64,000 bases of DNA from Candidatus Poribacteria bacterium (GTDB taxonomy: Bacteria; Poribacteria; WGA-4E; WGA-3G), in the NCBI GenBank assembly GCA_964291315.2, contig OZ219752.1, positions 224,001 to 288,000 on the forward strand, written 5' to 3'. Numbering within the stretch: the stretch's first letter is position 1; each line of letters starts with the position of its first letter. Under the pieces are notes generated by a model. That model did not search any database. It was not told where the DNA came from and was given only the letters and a program-made list of their open reading frames with translations. Below, piece by piece: positions 19,412-29,114 of this stretch. The translations under genes and the position numbers were made by a program.

Positions 19412-19636
19412 ACACCAGAACTATAACCTTATCCAATTTTAAATCCGTGCAAATTTGTGAACATCACCTGGGTTGAAAACCGCTTACGAGATGGCTTACA
19501 GGTTGTATCCAAACCGCTGCGTTTGTACGTTTCAATTTGTCAAAATGGAAATTCATTTTCCAGACGAAGGCGCGCAGATTCACACACGGATTAATCCCTA
19601 ACACTTATAGACATTTCAAATCTTCAAGGAATTTTT

Positions 19637-20002
19637 ATGCAAGTCAACATTCGACACAAAGGCAGTATTACAATTCTTGATATTGAAGGGAAAATTATTG
19701 GAACAGATGCCTTAGCTCTTAAATCTATCATTGATGAACGGATTCAAATTGCTGATAGCCAAAGCGATCAGTCCGGATGTCTCAATTTGATTTTGAACAT
19801 GGAACGCGTCCAGATGATGGATAGTTCGGGCTTAGGATCCCTCATTGCTGCCTATACCGCTATCCGACGAAATGGTGGGCGGATTGTTCTCCTTAATCTC
19901 GGTGGGAACATCAAGAGTCTGATTGTTATGGCAAAACTGATGACTATTTTCGACTGTTATGATTCGGAAGCAGAAGCAATAGTAGGAATTGTGCGGTCTT
20001 AA
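19637..20002 (+). CDS. STAS-domain anti-sigma factor antagonist
   Basis: LNMERVQMMDSSGLGSLI. Confidence 0.9.
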   Translation: MQVNIRHKGSITILDIEGKIIGTDALALKSIIDERIQIADSQSDQSGCLNLILNMERVQMMDSSGLGSLIAAYTAIRRNGGRIVLLNLGGNIKSLIVMAKLMTIFDCYDSEAEAIVGIVRS

Positions 20003-20042
20003 ATGTGCATTCCTAAAAATAAATCTCGGAGTAAGATAAAAG

Positions 20043-20765
20043 ATGAAAGCACGTATTGCTACCGATACAGAACAGAACAGCAACTTATGGTATAAATGTA
20101 CCAGCTGCCGGGAGTTTGCTTTCACAGGTCAACTTGAACGGAATCTTTATACTTGCACGTATTGTGGGGCTCTATTCCCGTTACTTGCTGAAAAACGGAT
20201 CCAGTATTTGCTAGATGATGCGCCGACAAGAGAAATTATATCTGTTGATGCCGCAGGGGTTGCTGTTGAGGGGACAATTTCAGGCTATCCCGCTTCTCTT
20301 TTCGTTGTGGATAGCGACGTGATTTCCGTAGACATCGACATAGCCCGCCTGCTTACTGCTATGGAGAGAGGATTACAGCAGCGGATGCCCTTAATTAATG
20401 TTGTAGCATGTCAACCGGAGAATCCAGAGTTTAATCCTCTTGAGCTCACCTACTTGACAATGCAAATGGAACGATTCACAGACGCATCGCTCCCTTATAT
20501 TACTGTTTTAACTGAAACGGAGGTATATCCACTTGCAACATATCTTCCTATCGGAGAATTGGTTATCGCCGAGGGAAGCGGACCCAGTCAGAAACGGACA
20601 GTCCCAAATATGCAACCTGCATTGCATGCCCCCGAAGAACAGCTTTTGGCGCAACCCCCAGTGTCAGATATAGATATAGAAACTGATATAAGCGTTGATT
20701 GTTATGTTCCGCGCGCTGAGTTACCTGAAACATTAGGACGATTCCTAAAATTCTTTTATCCATGA
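20043..20765 (+). CDS. Degenerate AccD-like protein (zinc ribbon plus divergent carboxyltransferase beta fold)
   Basis: LWYKCTSC...NLYTCTYCG...KRIQYLLD matches the AccD N-terminus; C-terminal VDCYVPRAEL...L; GGS and SGGARMQE motifs absent. Confidence 0.6.
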   Translation: MKARIATDTEQNSNLWYKCTSCREFAFTGQLERNLYTCTYCGALFPLLAEKRIQYLLDDAPTREIISVDAAGVAVEGTISGYPASLFVVDSDVISVDIDIARLLTAMERGLQQRMPLINVVACQPENPEFNPLELTYLTMQMERFTDASLPYITVLTETEVYPLATYLPIGELVIAEGSGPSQKRTVPNMQPALHAPEEQLLAQPPVSDIDIETDISVDCYVPRAELPETLGRFLKFFYP

Positions 20766-20893
20766 TTGTGTGCCGGTTACCGGCCTTCAATGGGCCGTTA
20801 TCAGCAAGCGACCCCTGTGTCGTAGGCATAGAAGGGATCGGCTAAAAGCACGACTGACAAATAACGACCGATGGTTATTCTAGTGGAGATGCC

Positions 20894-22183
20894 ATGAGAC
20901 AAGGTACTTTTATTGATAGTTCAAGCACCTCAGACAGCCTCGAAAATAGACAGGTGCGTCTTGCTACTGTTAGACAAAGATTTCAGGCTATCTTTGGTGA
21001 TTCGCCAACTTTCATTGTATCTGCCCCAGGTCGGGTGAACTTAATCGGTGAACATACGGATTATAACGATGGTTATGTATTTCCTGTAGCGATTGATAAG
21101 TATATCCACATCGCTGTACGTAAGCGATCAGATCGGCGTCTCCTTCTGCATGCGTTAGATGTCAAGGGGTCCGTTGACTTGAACCTTGATGCTCTTCGAC
21201 CTATTCCCGCAAACGCACCGACTTGGAGTTATTATTTGATAGGAGTTGCGTCCCTCCTTCAAGAATCGGTTGATACAATACCCGGGATAGACGCTGTTAT
21301 CATGGGAGATGTGCCAATTGGTGCCGGCTTGAGTTCTTCAGCTGCCCTTTCGGTTGCGGCGGCCCTCGCTTTTTTCCGTAGCTCTAAGTTTGCCACATCT
21401 ATAGAAACTGAGGCAGAGAAAAAACAACTTGCAGCTTTGTGTCAACGAGTAGAACACGAATTTATAGGAGTCAATTGTGGTATCATGGATCAGACAATCT
21501 CGTTCTTGGGGCAGGCTGGTCATGGGTTATTTCTTGACTGCCGCTCGCTTGAATATGAACATGTTCCCCTCAATTTAGGGGCACACTGCATCGTGATTTG
21601 TAACACGAAAGTAGAACGAGAGCTTGCTAACTCTGAATACAACAGACGCCGCACGGAATGTGAGAGAGGCGTTAGCATATTGAAGCAGTGGCTACCCGGT
21701 ATATCTTCTCTTCGCGATGTTACACTGCCAGATTTCAAGAAACATGAAGAAAATCTCCCCGCGCTCACACAAAAAAGATGTGACTATGTCGTTAAAGAGA
21801 ACGCGCGTGTGCTGAAGGCAGTTTCTACCTTCAAAACGGAGAAATGCCAAAGATCCGGGAAGAGAGATGATCCACTGATAGAATTTGGCAAGTTAATGAA
21901 TGCCTCGCACGCCGGGCTACGCGATGATTACGAGGTTAGCTGCAGCGAATTGGATCTACTTATCGACATTGCATGCAGCATCGATGGTGTGATTGGAACT
22001 CGAATGACGGGGGCAGGTTTTGGGGGCTGTACAGTCAGCATTGTTCATAGGGATGCTTTAGTAACATTCCGTAACCGGGTAATGACCGAATACCACAAAC
22101 AGACCGGCATTGAGCCTGAAATTTATTTCTGTAATGTTAGCAATGGTGCGCAAGTTTTTCCGAACTCAGAACTATTTTCATGA
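20894..22183 (+). CDS. galK: Galactokinase
   Basis: APGRVNLIGEHTDYNDG, PIGAGLSSSAA, CGIMDQ, RMTGAGFGGC. Confidence 0.96.
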   Translation: MRQGTFIDSSSTSDSLENRQVRLATVRQRFQAIFGDSPTFIVSAPGRVNLIGEHTDYNDGYVFPVAIDKYIHIAVRKRSDRRLLLHALDVKGSVDLNLDALRPIPANAPTWSYYLIGVASLLQESVDTIPGIDAVIMGDVPIGAGLSSSAALSVAAALAFFRSSKFATSIETEAEKKQLAALCQRVEHEFIGVNCGIMDQTISFLGQAGHGLFLDCRSLEYEHVPLNLGAHCIVICNTKVERELANSEYNRRRTECERGVSILKQWLPGISSLRDVTLPDFKKHEENLPALTQKRCDYVVKENARVLKAVSTFKTEKCQRSGKRDDPLIEFGKLMNASHAGLRDDYEVSCSELDLLIDIACSIDGVIGTRMTGAGFGGCTVSIVHRDALVTFRNRVMTEYHKQTGIEPEIYFCNVSNGAQVFPNSELFS

Positions 22184-22195
22184 ATTGTAGAGAAA

Positions 22196-23266
22196 ATGGA
22201 ATATAGCATTGGCGTTGATTTAGGGGGAACCGACATCAAGGCTGGATTGGTCTCATCGGCAGGTGATATTTCTTGTGGTGTCGTCCTTCCAACGGATGTG
22301 AAAACAGGTGGTCCCAAAGTAGTAGCAGCTCGAATTGCAGAAGCTGTTCGCCAAGTTCTTGTGCAGGTTGATACTGCAGGCCCCCGTGGCAATCAACCCA
22401 TAACGGGCAACACACGCGATATCTCGGTCGGATTGGGGGTGCCAGGGCTTATCATCGCTGAAACAGGAGTCATCCACTTTTCACCTAACTTTCCGGGGTG
22501 GAGCGATATTCCAATCGTCGATTATGTCAATGAGGAGCTGTCAAAGTTAGACGTTCCAAAGAGCATTATAGAGCATAATCTGCAAGCAGATAGAAATAAA
22601 AAATATAACCCGGTCTTAAAAGGCATGGACAACGATGTGAATGCTATGACGTTTGGAGAACTTCTTCATGGGGCTGGGGTGGGGTATAAAAGTATTGTTG
22701 CGTTGGCACTTGGAACAGGTGTCGGTGGTGGTGTTGTGATTGATGGGCAGGTTTACCATGGGAGTCAGAATACTGCTGGAGAATTGGGGCATACGGTTGT
22801 TGAACCGTATGGACGTTACTGCGGTTGTGGCAATCAGGGCTGCCTTGAGGCTTACGCCGGCGCGAAAAATATTGTCGAGCGAACCCAAGAGCAGATAAAA
22901 GCCGGACGTAGCACGATTTTGGCACTTCCAACGAAAGATATTCCCACACTTACTCCGCGGAGGATAGCAGACGCAGCGCAGGCAGGTGATCGGTTGGCGA
23001 TCGAAATTTTTGCCGAAACCGGACGCTACATAGGGATCGCCTTGACCTCAATAGCACATATTCTTAACCCACAAATTGCAGTCATTGGGGGAGGGATTGC
23101 CAACGCTGGGGAAAAATTACTTCTTGAACCTATCCGATCTGAACTTTCTAAACGTGCTATGGATATCCCTGCACGAATGAAAATTGTAAAAGCGCGTCTC
23201 GGAAATCATGCTGGTATCGTCGGGGCCGCAATGCTTGCTCTCAAAAGCGAGAAGCTAGCGTTGTAG
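22196..23266 (+). CDS. ROK family sugar kinase (glucokinase-like)
   Basis: GVDLGGT, DNDVNA, GTGVGGG, GELGH, CGCGNQGCLE. Confidence 0.92.
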   Translation: MEYSIGVDLGGTDIKAGLVSSAGDISCGVVLPTDVKTGGPKVVAARIAEAVRQVLVQVDTAGPRGNQPITGNTRDISVGLGVPGLIIAETGVIHFSPNFPGWSDIPIVDYVNEELSKLDVPKSIIEHNLQADRNKKYNPVLKGMDNDVNAMTFGELLHGAGVGYKSIVALALGTGVGGGVVIDGQVYHGSQNTAGELGHTVVEPYGRYCGCGNQGCLEAYAGAKNIVERTQEQIKAGRSTILALPTKDIPTLTPRRIADAAQAGDRLAIEIFAETGRYIGIALTSIAHILNPQIAVIGGGIANAGEKLLLEPIRSELSKRAMDIPARMKIVKARLGNHAGIVGAAMLALKSEKLAL

Positions 23267-23380
23267 GTCGGAATCCGTAGGTTTTCTACAAACGCCCGCG
23301 TTTTTGAAACCGAGGCTCCCGTAGCAACCGATATACGTGGCAAAACAGGTAAATCTTCTAAGCGGGCCCTGGAGAAAAAA

Positions 23381-24100
23381 ATGAACAATAAGACAAATTG
23401 GTTGAAAACTGTGCCATTTTTGCAAAGCCGACAGTCTGAGAATCCTAGAGAGATAAGAGATGCAGATCTTTCTCGAAGGTCGGTCTTGCAAATCTTAGGC
23501 GGCATTTGTCTCTCATTCACACCGTTGAGCTGCTCAAAGGTCCCGGATTTCATCAAAGACACTTTTCAACCTGAGATGATTGTCCCGGTGTTTGACCCAG
23601 ATGCTGTTATTATGCCACAGACAGGTACTGTCGTTTATGTAAAGAATGGTGTGACAGCAATGGCACTTCCTCTCAACAACGTGAAGGCGGTTGATGCGTT
23701 TGCTATCTTTATCTATAACGGCACAGACTATTGGATTTCCTTCAAGAAAAAGGATTGCCAGATGCTTGATGGTACGGGAAACGTGACCAAACCAATAGAC
23801 AAGTCTCAAGAATCCTTTTACCTGAAAAAGAATTTCACACCTGAACTCCCCCCTGAATTTGCAGCTGAAATATTCCGATGGGATAAGACTATCAGGATAC
23901 AGGGCGATCCTGCAATACTGCCCAGAGAAGATATTGAGAAAACAACGGTGATGCCACGGCAGCATACAAGATTTTTCCTCTACTTCCGCAAACGCAGCAT
24001 CAACTATAGCAGCCTGCGAATTATCGTTCCAAGAGTCACGAGCGATTTCAATGAACAGCAAACCACGTTCGTTTTCAGATTTAAGGTGCAACGGGGTTAA
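23381..24100 (+). CDS. Hypothetical (Tat-)lipoprotein
   Basis: SRRSVLQILGG twin-arginine-like segment followed by PLSC; RBS GGAG. Confidence 0.6.
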   Translation: MNNKTNWLKTVPFLQSRQSENPREIRDADLSRRSVLQILGGICLSFTPLSCSKVPDFIKDTFQPEMIVPVFDPDAVIMPQTGTVVYVKNGVTAMALPLNNVKAVDAFAIFIYNGTDYWISFKKKDCQMLDGTGNVTKPIDKSQESFYLKKNFTPELPPEFAAEIFRWDKTIRIQGDPAILPREDIEKTTVMPRQHTRFFLYFRKRSINYSSLRIIVPRVTSDFNEQQTTFVFRFKVQRG

Positions 24101-25151
24101 GCTGACGCGTATTAAACAGAAACCTCAAGTATCACTGCTGGTGCTCCTGCCATGTGCTAAAAATCTGAGTTACCTCCTTCTCGCCTTCTGTTTGAGTTGT
24201 ACCTTGCCTAAAACTGAAAAAAAAGAATCTCCGCCGCTACCTCGGTCGGCATTGATTGAAATCCTCCCCGCGAATCGTGAGCGGAAGGCAGCGCCTATAG
24301 TGGGTATCAGTTACGTTGAAACAATCGGTAGTGTTGGACAGGCGGTTGGTCAATTTCGGGCGCCATTGGGGCTCACTATGGATGAACAGCAGCGTCTCTA
24401 TGTCGCTGATGCAGGAAACAATCGCATCCAAGTGATTGGCCCCACTGGCGGTTTTATCACTGAATTTGGAGGCCGTGGATGGCAGACAGGCGAATTTGAT
24501 CACCCGACAGACGTGGCATTGGGCTTCCAAGGGAGCTACCGTCTCTATATCGCTGATACGGGCAACGATCGGGTCCAATTCTGCAATTTTGTTGATCAGA
24601 TTTTTTATCCGCTCCCTGAAATTGTAGACGACATTTTGCTTGATCGACCTGAAGGTATTGGTATCGGGCGAAATGGGCAGCTTTATGTTGTTGATACAGG
24701 GAACCATCGCTGGATCGAGTTCAATGCGACAGGGGTTCCCGTCGGCGCACATGGAAGCTTTGGGAGGGGCAGAGAGCAGCTCTGGAATCCAACCGACCTC
24801 GGTGTTGATTCACATGGAAACGTTTATGTTGTTGATGCTGGCAACCATCTCATCAAAAAATACGACTTCAGCGGCAACCCTATGAGTGCATGGGGCGGAG
24901 AAGGAGACGAGCTTGGACAGTTGCGGGATCCTAAGTGCATCGCTCTTGACGAATGGAATTATCTCTACGTGACAGATAGCGGGAATCGACGTGTCCAAGT
25001 CTTTTCACCCGATGGAAAGAGCATGATAGAATTTAGCACTTCTGGACTCATACTGCCAGCCGGTATTGCAGTATCGAAGACCGGGCGCGTTTTTGTGAGC
25101 GATGCTGAAGCAAATGATATAAAGGTATTCCAAGTTTTTCGTAAAAAGTAG
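24051..25151 (+). CDS. NHL-repeat beta-propeller lipoprotein (true start probably downstream)
   Basis: Six NHL repeats (LYVADAGNNRIQ, IADTGNDRVQ, VTDSGNRRVQVF); lipobox-like CLSC. Confidence 0.85.
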   Translation: MNSKPRSFSDLRCNGVKLTRIKQKPQVSLLVLLPCAKNLSYLLLAFCLSCTLPKTEKKESPPLPRSALIEILPANRERKAAPIVGISYVETIGSVGQAVGQFRAPLGLTMDEQQRLYVADAGNNRIQVIGPTGGFITEFGGRGWQTGEFDHPTDVALGFQGSYRLYIADTGNDRVQFCNFVDQIFYPLPEIVDDILLDRPEGIGIGRNGQLYVVDTGNHRWIEFNATGVPVGAHGSFGRGREQLWNPTDLGVDSHGNVYVVDAGNHLIKKYDFSGNPMSAWGGEGDELGQLRDPKCIALDEWNYLYVTDSGNRRVQVFSPDGKSMIEFSTSGLILPAGIAVSKTGRVFVSDAEANDIKVFQVFRKK

Positions 25152-25239
25152 AAACCCAGAGCGACTAACATACTGAGTACAAGGCCGTTACTCTTCCCTT
25201 ACTTTCAATTCTTAAAAAACTTTTGATAATGCAGAAGCG

Positions 25240-28200
25240 GTGAAATTGACCGAAAACCGGGCCCGCTCATTACGGAGAGGCGTGAAACGAAGTGGAACGG
25301 TGATCAGATTCAATAGACTAAAAATCATTTTTCTTACCTTCTGCTTGTGCGTCCTGCCACGTTCAGGAAATACAGCGCAAGGATCCCCGGAGAATAAAAC
25401 AGGTGTTCTCGAACTACCTACCTTTTCTGTCCTTCAAAAATCTGAATCCTTTGAAGTAAAAACGGGCACGCTTGAGTTTACGGTGAAGTATCCGCCAATT
25501 CTCCCGAACAGTGAACAGATAACAGCGAAAAGCGGGAAAGTTCTCGTGCGAGGTGTAGATTACCAAATCGATGCCTATTTGGGCAAAATCACTTTAAGTG
25601 AGCCGGATACTACTCTTGAAGCAGATCTACCCTATAGACTGACGATAAATTACTGGACGTTGCCCTTTGCGATAAAACAGGTTTACAAACGCGATCTTTA
25701 CGGTATAGGGGTCGGCTTGCAGCAAGAGGGCAATCAGCAGACAGGAATTAACGATCAACAACAAGGTTTTCTTGCGGATAATCGGCAGCCGGTAGCAGGC
25801 AACCAGTTAGAAGTTTCTGGCAGTCAGACGTTTGGAATTTCACTTGGTAGTGGCCGCGGTGTGACACCGAATCAGGAGCTGCGGATCAACGTAGAAGGAA
25901 AAGCCTCTGAGAATATTAGTGTATTGGCAATGCTATCCGACCAAGATTTACCTATCCAGCCTGAAGGCACAACAGAAAATATACAAGACATCGATCAGAA
26001 ACTAATTCGTATCAGACATCCAAATATGAGAGGGACATTGGGAGATTTTGAAGGATCGCTCGGGCCGTCAGAATTTATCTTTTTCCCTCGTGCCTTAGAA
26101 GGTGTGCAAGTTGGAGGTAATTTTAATTGGATAGACTTCCATCTTATTCCGAGCGCAATTCCGAAAGGACAGTCTACTAGCTTAGTTCTCCGGGGCGAAG
26201 AAGGACGTAGCGAATATCGACTGACAGTTGATGGGCAATATGTCATTGTGAAAGCCGGCAGCGAAATCGTCTGGCTGAACGGTGAAAGAATGAGACGTGG
26301 CAAAAATAACGATTATGTTATCCGTGAATATGGAGACCCTATTGTCGAATTCAATAGCAAGCACCTGATAACAAGCAACGACGTGATTCGCATTGACTTT
26401 GAATACATTCCCGAGGAGCATGCTTATCAACAAAATCTTTACGGTCTCAGTAGCATCTTCACGTTACCTGGCGATTGGTTTTCTTTCGGGGCCTCCTATG
26501 CGGTTGAGACAGACCTGAGTCAGCCGGAGCAGGCTTTAATCACTTTCGCAGAGGAGGATTTAAAAGCGCTCCGCCAAAATATACTCGATCCCGATGGAGA
26601 CGGAGCAGCCCTCATAGCCCCTCAAAAACATAGTGTATGGGGACTCGAAAGCCGCCTGAATATCACTGAAGAAGCTCATATTCAAGGGGAACTCGCTTAT
26701 AGTGCTGTTGATAAAAACACCTATTCTACGGCTGATCGCAAAGAGGTGAGTCGGGCATGGAAACTCATCGGTTATGCAGACTGGGACTTTGCGGCCTGGA
26801 CAGACAAATTTCGTCCTAAGTTAATAGCGAACCTCGATGTTCGCTCAATGGACGCTGACTTTGTACCTGTTGGTGCTTCAAGCACCAATCGCACCCGTTC
26901 CCGGTATGAGACACAATACGCTAAAGAGGGGTTTGATGATGCGTTTCTGCTGGATATCGCCGGTTCCTCGCGAGCTCCGAGAGATGAGCAGACGATGAAC
27001 TTCGACATCCGAGTACTTCCAATCAACTGGCTCGAAGTTGATGCCGGTGTCGGTAGGAGCCAAGCGAAAGATTCTCGGCTTAATAGTCAATCAGCAACAA
27101 CGCGTGATAATTACAATTGGGGTATAAATTTTAATCGCAGTCGACAGCCGGCGGTCAGTCGCTTGTCAGCCTCGGTGCCCGGAGAAAACGTTTTTGAACG
27201 TCGCAGCGGGGTCCCGGCAAAGGACACTCGACGACCAACAACTTTAAGAAAGTGGATCCCGAACCTGCGCTGGGACGACTATAGAAGTAGCTCGCGTGTG
27301 GAGAGTATCAATTCGACCTCAAGACAATTACAGCAAAAGTCTCGGCAAGAAGGCAATCTCTCTTATCCTATTGGTCCCTTCAGGATTATGGGTACACTCG
27401 GCAAAGTGGAATCAAACGAGGCGCTCAACGCGGCACTTAACCGGAAGCGGAACCGCACAATCGGGCGCGTCACTCTCGCGAAAGATTGGGCATCCTTCGA
27501 TACCCGTTATGAGCTTGAAGAGGCTTTTAAAAAAGAACCGTTGCTTACTCTCGATACTGAACCTATCGGTTTGTCCGATTGGCAACTAAGCACTACCGCT
27601 CGAACGTGGAAAGTTGGGGCTTTCTCACAACAAGAGTCTTTCCTCAAAGGTGTTGTCAATCTAACAGCGAACGTCACACGTCGCGTGTTGAAGAGCCACA
27701 ACGCTCTCGGGGCCAAGACGACAACCCAACTCGCTGATATTAGTCTTCAGTTGACCCCCTTAAGCCGCGCAATTGACATGGAAATCACCTACGAATTGGA
27801 CAAAAAACTGACTAGCCAACGCCGTGAAGTCTACACTAACATTCATCCTCACACTGGTTTCCCAATCCGACCGGGTGAAGGATATTACGTAAAATTGGAC
27901 GACCTGCACTACATAGAAGATCCAGAAGAAGGCACCTATATCAAAATCTACCAAAACGTCGGTGATAAACCGACGACAGCAGTAGATGCAGAGTTTCGGT
28001 TGCGTTTTCAACCTCGTCAATTTTTTGCACGCCGTGCCCGTGAACGTCAAAAACAGCAGCATGCTACGATGCAGAGTCGTGATAGCTTACGTCCAAAGCC
28101 TGTGCCCGACCTACCAAGCATCAACGACCAACAATCGAAAGTTTCTGATAGTCAACAATCATCCCGCCTAGAACGGTTTCTGAGTGCGCTAAGAGGCCAA

Positions 28201-29001
28201 ACTCGATTCTGGGTGACCGAGGAACAGGAGGTAGAGGATGCGGTGTCGCTGTATCTGCTTCAAAACTTACAAGGTTCAGATACGCTTTTTGGACGGTTGA
28301 ATCAACACCACAGGCTTGAATTTTCACCCTCACCCGCTTTCAGCTGTGAATTCAACCTTCGTACTGGTGAAACACTCAATCGCCGGGTCAATAACCAAGA
28401 ACGTCAGAGGCACCATCAAACGTGGGATCTTACTGTGTCTGTTAATCCGACTCAACGAATGGCTGTCAATGTGAACTGGGAGCAAGGTTGGGAAACCGAG
28501 AAATATAGTCAATTCGATGTTGACAGACTTAATCAAGGGGCCGGTACTCTGGCAAGTGAAACGGCGTCTTTGCCAATATCTATCTCCGACCTACGCCAAT
28601 TTGAACGGATTACTGAATTGGGACTCCGATACGAGCTGAGCAAATCGGTACGATGGAGCGGCACTGCCGGATACAGATGGACAGCTGACGAAGAGCAGTT
28701 AGATGAGGAACCCGAAGCTAGAACGCGTACCCTTTTCTATGAGAACCGTGTTGTATATAGTCTTGTCGGTAAAGGCCGCATTGACATCAATTACAAACTC
28801 GGCTACGGTGAAAGTCGCGGCAGTATACCGTTTGCACAATATACTTTCTATGAAGGCATCAGTCATGAAGTTCGAAAAACTGCTGATTACAGGTTGCGGA
28901 GATTCACCGATCTCTTGTTTCGACTCAATTACCGCTTGCTTTCAACCAAACAGCGCAAGCCTGAGCACCGCTTAGAAATGAAGGTGAGTGCAGAACTTTA
29001 G
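25240..29001 (+). CDS. Large putative outer-membrane/secreted protein
   Basis: 1253-aa ORF, signal-like N-terminus, amphipathic beta-strand C-terminal half; LSDQDLPIQPEGTT resembles, from recall, conserved FCB-group hypothetical OM proteins. Confidence 0.65.
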   Translation: MKLTENRARSLRRGVKRSGTVIRFNRLKIIFLTFCLCVLPRSGNTAQGSPENKTGVLELPTFSVLQKSESFEVKTGTLEFTVKYPPILPNSEQITAKSGKVLVRGVDYQIDAYLGKITLSEPDTTLEADLPYRLTINYWTLPFAIKQVYKRDLYGIGVGLQQEGNQQTGINDQQQGFLADNRQPVAGNQLEVSGSQTFGISLGSGRGVTPNQELRINVEGKASENISVLAMLSDQDLPIQPEGTTENIQDIDQKLIRIRHPNMRGTLGDFEGSLGPSEFIFFPRALEGVQVGGNFNWIDFHLIPSAIPKGQSTSLVLRGEEGRSEYRLTVDGQYVIVKAGSEIVWLNGERMRRGKNNDYVIREYGDPIVEFNSKHLITSNDVIRIDFEYIPEEHAYQQNLYGLSSIFTLPGDWFSFGASYAVETDLSQPEQALITFAEEDLKALRQNILDPDGDGAALIAPQKHSVWGLESRLNITEEAHIQGELAYSAVDKNTYSTADRKEVSRAWKLIGYADWDFAAWTDKFRPKLIANLDVRSMDADFVPVGASSTNRTRSRYETQYAKEGFDDAFLLDIAGSSRAPRDEQTMNFDIRVLPINWLEVDAGVGRSQAKDSRLNSQSATTRDNYNWGINFNRSRQPAVSRLSASVPGENVFERRSGVPAKDTRRPTTLRKWIPNLRWDDYRSSSRVESINSTSRQLQQKSRQEGNLSYPIGPFRIMGTLGKVESNEALNAALNRKRNRTIGRVTLAKDWASFDTRYELEEAFKKEPLLTLDTEPIGLSDWQLSTTARTWKVGAFSQQESFLKGVVNLTANVTRRVLKSHNALGAKTTTQLADISLQLTPLSRAIDMEITYELDKKLTSQRREVYTNIHPHTGFPIRPGEGYYVKLDDLHYIEDPEEGTYIKIYQNVGDKPTTAVDAEFRLRFQPRQFFARRARERQKQQHATMQSRDSLRPKPVPDLPSINDQQSKVSDSQQSSRLERFLSALRGQTRFWVTEEQEVEDAVSLYLLQNLQGSDTLFGRLNQHHRLEFSPSPAFSCEFNLRTGETLNRRVNNQERQRHHQTWDLTVSVNPTQRMAVNVNWEQGWETEKYSQFDVDRLNQGAGTLASETASLPISISDLRQFERITELGLRYELSKSVRWSGTAGYRWTADEEQLDEEPEARTRTLFYENRVVYSLVGKGRIDINYKLGYGESRGSIPFAQYTFYEGISHEVRKTADYRLRRFTDLLFRLNYRLLSTKQRKPEHRLEMKVSAEL

Positions 29002-29074
29002 AAACGCCTCCGAAAAACAGTAGATTAGGGGCAGTTTTAAGGGGTTTTCTGCAAATTAGGCATTCCATCCGTCC

Positions 29075-29103
29075 TGTTAGCGCGTTTTGTCGGCGCGCTA
29101 ACA
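29075..29103. terminator. Hairpin between convergent genes
   Basis: TGTTAGCGCG-9 nt-CGCGCTAACA perfect 10-bp stem. Confidence 0.6.
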
Positions 29104-29114
29104 AGATACATTAA

